In this document: positions 49,557 to 59,526 of the stretch, one piece after another
Position numbering within the stretch: position 1 is the stretch's first letter
Layout of the letters: each line of letters opens with the position of its first letter
DNA from: Polyangiaceae bacterium
GTDB taxonomy: Bacteria > Myxococcota_A > Polyangia > Polyangiales > Polyangiaceae
Reading direction: 5' to 3'
Length of the DNA stretch: 64,000 nucleotides
Assembly: GCA_044376115.1 (NCBI GenBank)
Contig: JBILLK010000022.1
Location: 32,001 to 96,000, forward strand
Notes under the pieces: model-generated
Database searches by the model: none
The model's input: only the letters and a program-made list of their open reading frames with translations
Told to the model about the DNA's origin: nothing
Position numbers and translations under genes: made by a program

Positions 49557-49805
49557 ATGGACCTCGTCGACAACCAGAAAGACCTGTGGACTCACCCGGA
49601 AAGGTACGTCCTCGTCTCCCTCCCTGCCGAGCTCGGGCCGGATGCGTTCATGATCGTCTCTTCGGCGACGTACGCCCTCGTGGGCGGTCCGACCGATGGC
49701 CCAGATGGAGCTTTCGATCTCCACGAGCTCAGGCGGCGGATGCTCGCCGCGGGCGTGGTAACGATTTCGCACAAGGAGTACGAGAGGCGACGTAGCCCCG
49801 GCTGA
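49557..49805 (+). CDS. Small hypothetical protein
   Basis: 82-aa ORF with globular composition; no motif recognised. Confidence 0.45.
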   Translation: MDLVDNQKDLWTHPERYVLVSLPAELGPDAFMIVSSATYALVGGPTDGPDGAFDLHELRRRMLAAGVVTISHKEYERRRSPG

Positions 49806-49889
49806 TCCCTGAGAGTCAGAACGATCCGCAGTGGCGAGCGAGGCGGGCGAGACAGGGCGGTGTCGGCTATGCGGCGTCCGAGGCCCCGT

Positions 49890-50555
49890 CTAGAGACTTG
49901 GACTCGGGCTGCCTGGCGGAAGACTGTCAGCCCCCAGGACCAGGATCAGCAATGAACGCGCCTGTTCCACGCTCGCGCCGAACTTGGGACGCACCTCCAA
50001 GCGGACACCAGGCGCCTCCGCGAAAGCGACCGTCTTCGTTCGCGCGGCGCGCTGCTCCGCCGACAGCGGCGCAGCACCAACGAGACGCACGACCTCGTAC
50101 TGCGTGGTCCCGCAGGAAACGGTGACGACGAACTCCGGGGCCCGGCCGTACGATTGGTCGGGCAGGCACCCAGCTTCTCCAACCGCCTCGCGGACATCGG
50201 CGTCTGTTACGTCTTTTGGCGCCTTGCCGTTGATGCTCGGCTCGGTTTTGAGGTTGTTTACGGGCGACCCCATCGAGTTCGGCGATTCGGCGAGCGCCCT
50301 CGCCATGGCCTGTAGGACCTCGGGGGGGAACGCCGAGGTCGCGGGGGCTGCGACGGGAGGTGTCCCAGCTTGGGACGACGACGCAGACGCAGTCCCGGCC
50401 TGGGAGGACGGCGTGGAAGCGACAGGCTCGCTTGCGGTGTTCCCCTCCTGTCCCGTGGTCGAGCACGCCGCCAAGAAACCGAGCGCCCACAACTCTCGCG
50501 GCGGCCTTCGGCTACGGCGTGCGCCCTGTAGCCTGCAGAACTTTGCACTCGTCAC
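49890..50555 (-). CDS. Putative lipoprotein
   Basis: FLAAC lipobox, Ser/Pro linker, small domain with two Cys. Confidence 0.6.
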   Translation of the reverse strand: MTSAKFCRLQGARRSRRPPRELWALGFLAACSTTGQEGNTASEPVASTPSSQAGTASASSSQAGTPPVAAPATSAFPPEVLQAMARALAESPNSMGSPVNNLKTEPSINGKAPKDVTDADVREAVGEAGCLPDQSYGRAPEFVVTVSCGTTQYEVVRLVGAAPLSAEQRAARTKTVAFAEAPGVRLEVRPKFGASVEQARSLLILVLGADSLPPGSPSPSL

Positions 50556-50742
50556 TGGGCTACCCTACCAGGTCGTCAACGCAACCGACAGCCCGGATAC
50601 GCGCCTCCGCGGCCAGTTCATGAAGCTATCGCGTCGTACGCCAGCGCGACCTCAGCAACTGGCAACTCCCACCGCGACGATGCACACGACCAGCCCGCCA
50701 AGGAGGATCCATACGGCGGCTGTGGAGCCACCCCAGACCCGT

Positions 50743-51030
50743 TCAGCCGCCGGCCTTCCACTCGCCCGCGGAGGCTTCTTTGCAGCTCTTTTCGGCTCTG
50801 GCGGCATCCATTGGATAGGCGCCTTCAGTGTAGAAGGTCCGCGTACCTTCTGGGGTGGAACACGAACCGACGCGCTTGTCAGCGGGGCAAGCCTCCATCT
50901 TGAACTCACTGCCCGTGCACAGGCCCTTGATGCAGTCCTCGCCCGCGGCTGTGCCGTCAGCGGGCTTGTCGCCGCAGCCAGCGAGCGACGTGGTGACACA
51001 CGCGGCGAGGAGGAGGGTGAAGGTCTTCAA
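50743..51030 (-). CDS. Small Cys-rich lipoprotein
   Basis: TTG start after AGGAG; LAGC lipobox; ACP...VGSC...FY...C....GEW. Confidence 0.6.
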   Translation of the reverse strand: MKTFTLLLAACVTTSLAGCGDKPADGTAAGEDCIKGLCTGSEFKMEACPADKRVGSCSTPEGTRTFYTEGAYPMDAARAEKSCKEASAGEWKAGG

Positions 51031-51136
51031 GGGCTCCTGCGTACGCAGGCAGGGGTGCGTTCTTCCTCCACTAGCTGCGAGCTTTGGCGCCTGACTGCAG
51101 GCGACGGCGAACAGTTCCTCGACTAGGCTGGGAGGC

Positions 51137-52333
51137 GTGAGCGACCGAACCGCCCTCTCTCTAGCTCTCTCTCTCTCGTTCGTGGCATGCAGCTCGAACT
51201 CGACCAACGACACTGGGGGCAATAGCGACGCAGGCGCCAACTCGGGCGCGGCGAACGCGGGGGGCTTCGGCGCAGGCGCGAACGGCGGCGCAGGCGCGAA
51301 CGGCGGCGCAGGTGCGAACGGCGGCGCAGAGGTCGGCGGCGCAGAGGTCGGCGGCGCAGAGGTCGGCGGCGCAGGCGGTGCACCGAGCGGAACGGGTGGC
51401 GCCGGCGGAGATCCTGCGGGCACGGGCGGAGGCCCGGCAGGCACTGGCGGAGCCTCCTGCGTCGAGGCGATCTGCGACGTCACCGTCGTGAACATCGGGC
51501 GGCACAGCGCGACGATCACATTCGAGACCCCCACTCCCACGACCGCGCTGGTCGACTACGATCTCGACACCTGGGTGAAGAGCCGGGCCGACGCAAACCT
51601 GTCGACCACCCACACGATCGTGATCGACGCGATGATGGCTGGCGACAGCCACGACTATCGCGTGACGGTGACCGACGCTGCGGCCCAAGAGGACGTGGAC
51701 GTCGTTCGTTCGTTCTCTACCGTGGGCTACTCGCCTGGCGCACTACCCAACGGCTGGTCGAGCCTGGACCTGGGCGACGTCAGCACGCTGCTGCCGGGCT
51801 CAGCGGTCTTCGACACCACCGTCGCGGGAGGGAGCTTCGCCGTTCGAGGGACGGGCACCAACGTCTACTTCGACGCCGACAGCTTCCATTTCGTTCATCA
51901 CCCCGTCGCTGGAGACTTCACCTTCTCCCTGCGCGTCGACGGCTACTACGGCTACCTCCATACGTGGACGAAGGCGATGACGATGTTCCGCTCGACGTTG
52001 ACCGCGGACTCGACGATGTTCAACCAATCGATCAACCACGCGGGGAACGACTACCTCTACTTCCGAAATGCACCAGGCGCTCAACACGTCGACATCTTCG
52101 ATACGCAGCTCAACCCCGGCGGGATCAACCCCGTCTGGGCGCGCCTCCAGCGCGTGGGCAACACCTTCACCGAGTCCTATTCGACCGACGGCGTGAACTG
52201 GGTGGTCAACGGCCCCGCCAACGGCACCACCGTCGCCCTAGCAACGAACGGCTACGTCGGCTTCGGCGTCTGCAGCAAGAGCAACGACTACCTCTCCGAG
52301 ATCGTCTACAGCCAGGTGACGCTCGTCGACTGA
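51137..52333 (+). CDS. Lipoprotein with FN3-like and ConA/lectin-like domains
   Basis: FVAC lipobox, GGA repeat linker, ATITFET...H...YRV segment, then DSFHF...GDF...WARLQRVGNTFT..YSTDG.NW...YVGFGVCS. Confidence 0.8.
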   Translation: MSDRTALSLALSLSFVACSSNSTNDTGGNSDAGANSGAANAGGFGAGANGGAGANGGAGANGGAEVGGAEVGGAEVGGAGGAPSGTGGAGGDPAGTGGGPAGTGGASCVEAICDVTVVNIGRHSATITFETPTPTTALVDYDLDTWVKSRADANLSTTHTIVIDAMMAGDSHDYRVTVTDAAAQEDVDVVRSFSTVGYSPGALPNGWSSLDLGDVSTLLPGSAVFDTTVAGGSFAVRGTGTNVYFDADSFHFVHHPVAGDFTFSLRVDGYYGYLHTWTKAMTMFRSTLTADSTMFNQSINHAGNDYLYFRNAPGAQHVDIFDTQLNPGGINPVWARLQRVGNTFTESYSTDGVNWVVNGPANGTTVALATNGYVGFGVCSKSNDYLSEIVYSQVTLVD

Positions 52334-52463
52334 CCGATCTCGAGCAAAAGAACCGCCCCGAGTGCATCTCGACATTGCTACCGAGGCGACGGACTTTTTC
52401 GCGATGGCATAGGGCTTTCGAGGCGGGCGAGCGCTCGGCGGCATAGGCGCGCCGCGGACTCGG

Positions 52464-52830
52464 TCAGGGGGCCAACGTTGCGAACGAGAGCCCATTCGGG
52501 CTCGCCCACAGCGCCCCGAGCGCTGTTTCGCTACCCGCCATCGCGTAGGAATGAGAGCTCGTCGCATCTCCAAGGACTTGGGTCGAGATCACCTCGCCCT
52601 CTTCGAGGATCGACAATTCAAGCGCAGCGATAGGAGCCGCCCTGTCGCTCCTCGCGAGGATGCCGACCACGTCCTCCCCAGTCGCGGCCAGGACGGGCAC
52701 GTCGGCGCCCGCGACGCCGGCTGATAACACGGGAAGTTCCAAGCCGATTCCCATTCAACACGATGGGCTCCTGCAGCAAGCCGCTCCGCTACCAGTGCAT
52801 AGGCATCGGCCACTGCGACCCAAAAAGGCT
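52464..52830 (-). pseudogene. Degraded C-terminal fragment of a beta-rich protein
   Basis: Protein-like sequence in two adjacent frames with no convincing start. Confidence 0.3.
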
Positions 52831-52917
52831 ATCGCGGCGTCAGCGCGCCAACGTCGGATAGGCCGAACAGCGCTTGTTCACTCAAAATCGTAGACAAGCA
52901 CGAATCACCACCATGTC

Positions 52918-53451
52918 ATGACGGCGGTGATCTCCATTCGTCAAGGTCTGCCGACCGAGCTCTCGGTTCTCACGTCCATCGACGACGACTCCTGCCAACT
53001 GTACGCGGCGTCCGGGGTCGTCCTCGCGCTGGACGCAGCTCATCCCTTCGCCGTCGCCGAGCAATCGCGCTGGTCGGCCGCCCTCGCGCGTCGCTCGACG
53101 TTCATCGCGGAGGACGCTGCCGGTCGGGCGCTTGGGTTCGCGTGTTGCGGGTTCGTCGACGGCGAACCCTACCTCGACCAGCTTTCGGTGCGGCTCGAGC
53201 GGATGAAGCAAGGGCTCGGGACGCTGCTGCTCCGCGAAGCGGTCGCATGGGCCGAAGGTGAAGGTGGGCGCGCCCTCTGGCTCACGACGTACGGTCACCT
53301 CCCCTTCAACCGCGCCATGTACGAGCGACGCGGGTTCTCCCTGGCCGCTGAGCGGGATTGCCCGCGTGAGGTGCTTCATCATCTCGATCAACAACGGCGC
53401 TGGCTCCCCTTCCCCGAGCAGCGCGTCGCCATGCGCCGACCGCTCGCGTAG
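52918..53451 (+). CDS. GNAT-family N-acetyltransferase
   Basis: YLDQLSV...KQGLGTLLL, WLTTY.HLPFN..MYERRGF. Confidence 0.9.
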   Translation: MTAVISIRQGLPTELSVLTSIDDDSCQLYAASGVVLALDAAHPFAVAEQSRWSAALARRSTFIAEDAAGRALGFACCGFVDGEPYLDQLSVRLERMKQGLGTLLLREAVAWAEGEGGRALWLTTYGHLPFNRAMYERRGFSLAAERDCPREVLHHLDQQRRWLPFPEQRVAMRRPLA

Positions 53452-53579
53452 TGCGGCGTCCCACTCTGCGCTTGTCCGCAAGTTGCCTCGCCCAACTGCG
53501 TGGGTCCGAAATAGGCGCGCCCGTTACGTCGAAGACCCGATGCGGGCGGGCATCTTCCGCATGGTAGCGTGATGGGTCC

Positions 53580-54758
53580 ATGAACGATGCACAATGGGCC
53601 TCACTGGCGCGGGAGCTCGGCGTCCAAGCGTACGAGTCCAGCCTTCTCTCGGGAGGTGACGATCGCCATCGCAGCTTCGCGATGCGGCTCAGGGCTCGTC
53701 GTGGACCTGCCATTGGGAACATCGGGACAAGCCACGTGCTCTTGGGGTCGTGGAACGGGACGCGGTATCTTCTTACGCACCAGGGACGAGAAGGGACTCC
53801 ACAGATCGGGGTCACGGTGGAGCTCGAGCCATCGCTCGGACTCTGTGCGTTCATTGGGACGCCGGCGTGGGTCCGCGGGCTCGGAAAGACGAAGCTCGTG
53901 CATCTTGGTGATCCGAGTCTCGATAGCGAGCTATGCCTCGAGGCGGCGGAGCCGGACCGCCTCGTCGAGTTGCTCCGTCCTCAATCCGAGGCGGACCTCA
54001 CCCTTCTTCGCGCGATCATCAGCGAACGTTTCATCGTCACGGACACGACGATCGTGGACACGATGAGCGCGGCTGTCGCGGTAGAGGGCGGGGTCCCCTT
54101 CCTCGACGACCGCGCGCCTCGCCCCGTGACGGCGAGCGAGATCACGATGAAGCTCGAGCGCATGATGTGGGTCGGCCGCGAGCTGGCGTTGCGACGGAGT
54201 CGCGTACGCGTGACGGCGGAGGCTCAGCAAACTCGTGAGGCTTGGACTGAGGTAGCGCGTGCCCGCGCGCTCACCTTCCACCCGGACGCAATGACGATTC
54301 GAGGCGAATCAGCTGCGGCTCGAGTTTCGATGGGCATCGAGACCCGGTTGGCGGCGCTCGCGGTGGAGGAGAGCTTCGCGCCATTCTCTACCTACCTATC
54401 AGCCTCGTTCACGAAGCCGGTCGGTCTCAATCTCCGGGTCGAGAAGGCCGGCGTCTTCAACCGACTCGCAGAGGTCTTCGGAACGGACATCGTCGTCGGC
54501 GACAAGACCTTCGATCGAGCCTTCAGCGTGAGCGGCTCAAACGAAGCGAACGTGCGCGAACGGCTGCGCCCCGCGGCCTCCGCGCTCGTGGAAGCGCACG
54601 CGCATGCCGCGGAGCTGACGCTGGACGACGGAGGCATCTTCATGCTGATTCCGGAGGTAGCGAAGACGCCGGGTCAGGTGAGCTCCGCGCTCGATCTGCT
54701 CACGGCAATCGTCGACGGCCTGCGAATCATTCCCGTGCAATCACCGTATCGTTCGTAG
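53580..54758 (+). CDS. Hypothetical protein with an internally duplicated domain
   Basis: W..LARELG...LGDPSLD...LLRP echoed by W..VARARA...VGDKTFD...RLRP; ends SPYRS. Confidence 0.75.
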   Translation: MNDAQWASLARELGVQAYESSLLSGGDDRHRSFAMRLRARRGPAIGNIGTSHVLLGSWNGTRYLLTHQGREGTPQIGVTVELEPSLGLCAFIGTPAWVRGLGKTKLVHLGDPSLDSELCLEAAEPDRLVELLRPQSEADLTLLRAIISERFIVTDTTIVDTMSAAVAVEGGVPFLDDRAPRPVTASEITMKLERMMWVGRELALRRSRVRVTAEAQQTREAWTEVARARALTFHPDAMTIRGESAAARVSMGIETRLAALAVEESFAPFSTYLSASFTKPVGLNLRVEKAGVFNRLAEVFGTDIVVGDKTFDRAFSVSGSNEANVRERLRPAASALVEAHAHAAELTLDDGGIFMLIPEVAKTPGQVSSALDLLTAIVDGLRIIPVQSPYRS

Positions 54759-54916
54759 CGACACGCGAAACGACGCTCGTTGTCGACACAGCGTTCACCG
54801 TTCGCGCAGTCGTCGTCCGTCTGGCACCCCGTGATGTCGTCCGCGGGATCGTTGGGGTCGCACCGTCGTCGCCATCGATGAGCAGTCTTCGACACGCTCG
54901 CAGAACTTCGGCGGAT

Positions 54917-55723
54917 TTAGTCGACGTAGCCCTTGTCGCCCGCGCCGCACCCCGGCCACTGAGCGCAGAGCTCCTGGGAGCCCTGGCAGTTCGTGCTGAT
55001 CGCATAGGTCGTGTACCACTCCTCCCGGGTGACGGGCTTGAAGACGATCCAGCTCTCCTCGGTCTGAGCTTGCGACTCGCTCTCCCAGAAGGGGAAGCGC
55101 TTGCACGAGCCGTTGTCGCCGTTCGCTCCGCCCCAGTAAGCGTTGACTGCCAACCAGAGCCGGTCCTCGACGAATTTGTAGCGGCCCCACTGCACCGCAG
55201 GCCGGTCATTCCAGTTGGTCCAATCGGGGTGCGCGCACGAATACCCGGCAGCGGTACCGTCGGGGTCGGCGGGGGCGGAATAGGTCACCAGATCACCAGC
55301 AAGCGAATAGGTGCACTCCGTGTGGAAGTCGGAGCCCGTGGTCTCGTTCCAGATGTAATGGCACTTGTCGTTTCCGGTGCCGAACGCGATCTTCATCTGA
55401 CCCGCGTCGAGCGGCGCCGGGGGCTGAACCTCGGTGCCAATCACCCGCTGCTCCCATACCCAATAGCCTTGAAGAGAATCGAGCCCGGGCTCGCCACCTC
55501 CAGTGCTGGCTCCACCTGTTGGGCCCGTCGAGGTCGTAGCAGGAGCCCCCCCAGTGCCGACCGAAGTCGACGGACCTGCCCCTGGTTCCCCGCCGACACC
55601 GCTGCCTGTCGACTCCTCGCCCCCAGCTCCACCCGTGCTGCCAGTTGCGTCCTCCGGATCGCAGCCGGTGAGGCTCATCGCAAGCGTGAAGACCGTGAAT
55701 GAGATGAACTGGGAACCGGACAT
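54917..55723 (-). CDS. Lipoprotein with Trp/Cys-rich domain
   Basis: LTGC lipobox, Gly/Thr linker, LQGYWVW domain. Confidence 0.8.
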   Translation of the reverse strand: MSGSQFISFTVFTLAMSLTGCDPEDATGSTGGAGGEESTGSGVGGEPGAGPSTSVGTGGAPATTSTGPTGGASTGGGEPGLDSLQGYWVWEQRVIGTEVQPPAPLDAGQMKIAFGTGNDKCHYIWNETTGSDFHTECTYSLAGDLVTYSAPADPDGTAAGYSCAHPDWTNWNDRPAVQWGRYKFVEDRLWLAVNAYWGGANGDNGSCKRFPFWESESQAQTEESWIVFKPVTREEWYTTYAISTNCQGSQELCAQWPGCGAGDKGYVD

Positions 55724-55785
55724 ATCGACCTCGCTTTCGCACGCACGCGGTTCATGAACGAACGGCGTTTCAAGCTGCGTTGCTT

Positions 55786-55801
55786 CGCAAACCGTGTGCC
55801 A
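55786..55801 (-). promoter_or_regulatory. Sigma54 promoter candidate
   Basis: Minus strand TGGCACACGGTTTGCG, matching TGGCAC-N5-TTGC, 62 bp upstream of the ATG at 55723. Confidence 0.65.
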
Positions 55802-55906
55802 TCTACCGATCTAAGGATCGCGGGCGTTATGTCGGGTGGGAAGGCTGCGACCACTGACCGAGTCGGTGTTCCCCTGGACACGGATCGGACCAGGGCGTAG
55901 TCGCTC

Positions 55907-56317
55907 TCAGCCGAAGATCGACATGTTGTTCTTCAGCATCAGCGTCTGAATGTAGGGGCTGAGATGGGACTCCGGGATCTGGAAGTACTGCGCCATCTGA
56001 ATCAGCCGCTGCTGCTCCTCGGGCGCGAGGTGACCGTCACCCATGGCGAGATCGGCGCAGTTGATGATCACACAGAGCTTCTGCTGGGGCGCAAGGAGCC
56101 GCGTGGCCTGATCCAAGAACTGCTGGAACGGGTTCCGCTTGCAGAACTGGAGCGCCTGCTCGAGCGTGTTGCGGTCGGGGACGACGCGGAGAATGTCCCC
56201 GGCTTCATTGTCGTCGAGGCTGCCGTCCGCAGAGCTCGTGTAGATCATGGCGGCGACCAGCGCGACCTTGGGGGTGAGTTGGATTTGGGTGCCACCGAAG
56301 CTGTCGAACAAGCCCAT
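55907..56317 (-). CDS. TerB-family protein
   Basis: SSADGSLDDNE and ADLAMGDGHLAPEEQ motifs. Confidence 0.85.
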   Translation of the reverse strand: MGLFDSFGGTQIQLTPKVALVAAMIYTSSADGSLDDNEAGDILRVVPDRNTLEQALQFCKRNPFQQFLDQATRLLAPQQKLCVIINCADLAMGDGHLAPEEQQRLIQMAQYFQIPESHLSPYIQTLMLKNNMSIFG

Positions 56318-56379
56318 CACGTGCCTCCTTGGGTTTCAGGCTTTGGCTCTCATCGCCCGGGCCGCGCGTCAACGCGGCC

Positions 56380-57564
56380 GTGCCCACAAAGTCGGTGTGG
56401 ACAAGAGCCCTTCGCGAGGTCGAAACTTTCGAGATGACAGTGCCCCAGCAAAGCGACGCGATCGGCCTGCGAACCAGCCAGATTGTCTTGATCGAAGACG
56501 CCAAGGGGATCGGAACGGGCATCGAGGTGAGCTCGGACGGGTGGATCCTCACGAACAAACACGTTGCCGCGAGTCTCGGACCGTTCCGGGTTTTGCTCGC
56601 GAACGGACAAGACGTGCGCGGCGTCGGCGTTCACCAAAGCCCCCATCATGATTTGGCGATCGTAAAGATCGGACTCGAACGCTCGAGCTTCCTCGATCTC
56701 GAGCGCGACGTCCGTGAAGACTGCACCGTCGGAACCGAGGTGTTCGCTCTCGGACATCCTCGCGGCTGCAGGTTCTCGGTGTCGAAGGGCATCATCTCGA
56801 ACCCCCACCGCGAGTTCGACAAGGAGCACTACATCCAGTCCGACGTGGCGATCAACCCTGGAAACTCCGGCGGACCGCTGGTCGATCGCGAAGGTCGGCT
56901 GGTTGGGGTGGTGACGATGATGCTCACGTTCTCACAGGGACTTGGCTTCGCTGTGCCAGCGCACACCGCAGCCGACTACGTGCGTCACGTGAGGCGGCTG
57001 ATCCGGAACAACGTCGTACGCATTCCGACGGAGCTTCTGTTGCAGCCCATGGACGAGCGCTCGGCTCCCGACCGCATCGTGCGTTCAGCCGTGGATGCGG
57101 TGGTGCTCGCCGGGCGGGCATCGATCGAGTCGGACGACCACCAAGGAGAGTACGAGCTGCGCCGTCAACGAGCGCGGATCCTCATCACCGCGAAGGACGG
57201 CACGCTCTTCGTCCGCGCCTTCGTCGCCGCGTTAGGGCCGCACGAGCGCAAGAACCCAACGTTCCTGCTCAAGCTATTGGAATTGAACGCCACGCGGGAT
57301 CTTGGCTCCGCCTGCTTCGCGATCGACGAGGAGGGGCTCCACGTCGGCGTTCGTCGGTCGTGGTCCGACCTCAATCTCGCCGAGGCGGTCGGCATCATCG
57401 ACAACGTGATCGCGCTCGCCGAGCAAGCGCCCGGCAAGGTCGCCGCTCTATCGATCGGCGCGAGCCCAGCCGCCCCCGCGCCCTTGCCTCCGCTGCCCAC
57501 GCCAGACCCAGCGGACCCCGGCTACCCAATCATCTCACTGCCCACCAGCACCGACTGGAAGTGA
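56380..57564 (+). CDS. Trypsin-like (S1C) serine protease with C-terminal YbjN/CesT-like domain
   Basis: LTNKHV, DLA and INPGNSGGPL catalytic triad; C-terminal LLKLLELN...CFAID; no signal peptide or PDZ domain seen; start uncertain. Confidence 0.85.
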   Translation: MPTKSVWTRALREVETFEMTVPQQSDAIGLRTSQIVLIEDAKGIGTGIEVSSDGWILTNKHVAASLGPFRVLLANGQDVRGVGVHQSPHHDLAIVKIGLERSSFLDLERDVREDCTVGTEVFALGHPRGCRFSVSKGIISNPHREFDKEHYIQSDVAINPGNSGGPLVDREGRLVGVVTMMLTFSQGLGFAVPAHTAADYVRHVRRLIRNNVVRIPTELLLQPMDERSAPDRIVRSAVDAVVLAGRASIESDDHQGEYELRRQRARILITAKDGTLFVRAFVAALGPHERKNPTFLLKLLELNATRDLGSACFAIDEEGLHVGVRRSWSDLNLAEAVGIIDNVIALAEQAPGKVAALSIGASPAAPAPLPPLPTPDPADPGYPIISLPTSTDWK

Positions 57565-57592
57565 ACGTTCGCTTGCCGATTGGAAGTGGCGG

Positions 57593-58378
57593 CTAGGGCT
57601 CGTTCTTCGCCGGCTCTTCAGCTGGTTCGAGGTCTGCGGCGGCGACATCGGTCGGGGCGATCTCGGTGTTCACGACCTCGCGGACCACATCCTCCAGCGC
57701 GCCAACGCTGCGCGGGGTTGAGCCCATGCCCTTCGCTAGGCTCTCACCCTCGGCGGACGCCTTGCGCGGATCGTCGTCGGCGAGCGGCGCGCGCTCGAGG
57801 AGCTCCCCGATCACGGTGTCCTCGAGCTTGCCCTCGATCGACGCGCTGAGGTGCGCTCGCAAGCGACCACGATCATTGCGGGCGTCGAGATCTGCCTCGA
57901 GACGCTCTGTGGCGGCTGCGAGCGGATCGTCCACGGGTGCGACGCGCGGATTGCCTTTGCCGAAGGCGTTGGCGGCTTCGGTAAAGGCCCAGCCCACGGC
58001 CTTGTTCAGACGAGGATCGTCTGCGGACACACGGGGCACCCACGACCCCGACAAGCCAACGGCCTCCTCATAGGAACCTGCTGCGGGAACCGCGATTGCG
58101 TCGAGCACGAATAGCCCACGCTCGTCGACATGCCGGTCCAACTCTTCGCCCAGCAGCTCCCGCAGGTGCAGCGCGAGCTCGTCGGCGCTGTCGAACATCG
58201 CGAACGGCACGACAATCGCCGCGTCAGAGAGAGCGCCGATGAAAAACAGCGCGCCTCCCTTGGAGCGAACGGCCGACCAATCACCCTCGAGCGGCGCAGT
58301 CGCGTCAGTGACCGGCTCGAAGCGCTGTGCCAGCTCTACGGGTGAGACCTTGAGTAGTGTGACTTTCCCAAACCCCAT
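57593..58378 (-). CDS. Hypothetical protein
   Basis: 261-aa ORF with acidic globular composition. Confidence 0.65.
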   Translation of the reverse strand: MGFGKVTLLKVSPVELAQRFEPVTDATAPLEGDWSAVRSKGGALFFIGALSDAAIVVPFAMFDSADELALHLRELLGEELDRHVDERGLFVLDAIAVPAAGSYEEAVGLSGSWVPRVSADDPRLNKAVGWAFTEAANAFGKGNPRVAPVDDPLAAATERLEADLDARNDRGRLRAHLSASIEGKLEDTVIGELLERAPLADDDPRKASAEGESLAKGMGSTPRSVGALEDVVREVVNTEIAPTDVAAADLEPAEEPAKNEP

Positions 58379-58463
58379 CTTCGTCGGCTAGCAGAGTTTG
58401 GCAGCGGGTGCACGCGTGACCCGCAGTAGGAGCCGGCAGCCGCTGGCCCGACGGCGCGTGACG

Positions 58464-59525
58464 CTACTCGGCGATCTCGGCAGAGCTCAGACCACCGGAG
58501 CCCCCAACGATCAGGACTCGGCCGTCTTGCAGCAAGGTCGCGCTCGGGAGGCTGCGCGGCTCGACCATCGGCGGCAACGTCACCCAAACATTGGCGGCGG
58601 CATCGAACAGCATGAGCTCGTCGAGGACGTCGCCGGTCACCTGATTGAAGCCGCCGACCACCAGCGCGTTACCGGATTGCAAGGTCGTCGCGGCAGTGCC
58701 CGTTCGCGGTGCGCCGATCTCCGGGCCTTCGGTCCAGGCGTTGATAGACGCGTCGTAGAGCTCGGTCACGCCGATCGGTCCCACGTTGGCGATCTTGCCG
58801 GCGGCAGCGAGCACGCGCCCATCCCCGAGCGATACCACCGTCGGCCGCAGCCGCGCGTTGTCCAACGGCGCGACCACGTTGAACGCCTCCGCAGCTGAAT
58901 CATAAAGTTCGACGCGCGAAAGACTGGCGGTGTCGGAGGCGCCGCCTACGAGCAAGGGCAGACCGTCCACTTGCACAGCGCCGAACAGGATGCGCGGGCC
59001 AGCGAGGTCCGGGTGCGCGACCCAGGTCTGCGAGGCGACGTCGAAGCGCTCGACCGTCTTCAGCCCTTTTCCGTATTGGCAGTCGGGGTCCCCGTTCGGA
59101 GGCGGAACGATCGGATCGCTTTCCTTGCGCGGCACCAACTCCTGAACCGTCGCGCTTCCTTGCGTGGGGAATAGAGGGAAGAGATTGCTCTTGGGGCCGT
59201 TGCACGGCCCGCACGCGTACAGGTAGTTCGACCAGGCGAACGCGACGTCCGGGTACCAGTCTTTGGTCCGAAAATGCTCGATCTCGTCGGCGACGGAGTC
59301 TTCGGAATAGTTGCATCGGCGAGCGCCCCAGCACGCCTCCGTCAGTAACTTCTTGATCTCTTCGAAGGCTTCCCGCTTTGCGATGCTGCTCGTCTTGCTG
59401 GCCCACGCCTTTTTCGCCTCGGGTACGCGGTCTTTGAATGGCCCCTCGCTGACGCCATCTTGCAGCGTCTTCAGCACGGCAAGCGTCGCGGTGGATGGGT
59501 CGGCGACTACGCGTATCGAACGCAT
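58464..59525 (-). CDS. PtuB-like HNH nuclease N-terminus fused in frame to Kelch repeats
   Basis: RCNYSED..DEIEHF..K..YP...F.W.NYLYACGPCNGPK, then after about 59085 four Kelch blades (R....LxDGRVL..GG...E.YD....W); ATG lies immediately after the ATPase stop. Confidence 0.8.
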   Translation of the reverse strand: MRSIRVVADPSTATLAVLKTLQDGVSEGPFKDRVPEAKKAWASKTSSIAKREAFEEIKKLLTEACWGARRCNYSEDSVADEIEHFRTKDWYPDVAFAWSNYLYACGPCNGPKSNLFPLFPTQGSATVQELVPRKESDPIVPPPNGDPDCQYGKGLKTVERFDVASQTWVAHPDLAGPRILFGAVQVDGLPLLVGGASDTASLSRVELYDSAAEAFNVVAPLDNARLRPTVVSLGDGRVLAAAGKIANVGPIGVTELYDASINAWTEGPEIGAPRTGTAATTLQSGNALVVGGFNQVTGDVLDELMLFDAAANVWVTLPPMVEPRSLPSATLLQDGRVLIVGGSGGLSSAEIAE

Positions 59526-59526
59526 G

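Noticed and set aside
54760..54895. Cys-rich fragment (CDPND...GCQTDDDCANGERC)
   Set aside because: Looks like the tail of a lost lipoprotein gene; too short to call.
55782..55795. Extra copy of the lattice motif GCTTCGCAAACCGT
   Set aside because: Single copy with no 21-bp neighbours seen; better explained as part of the sigma54 promoter on the minus strand.
42000..58400. Integron cassette array
   Set aside because: Genes alternate in orientation, and no integrase or recurring attC-like sites were seen.
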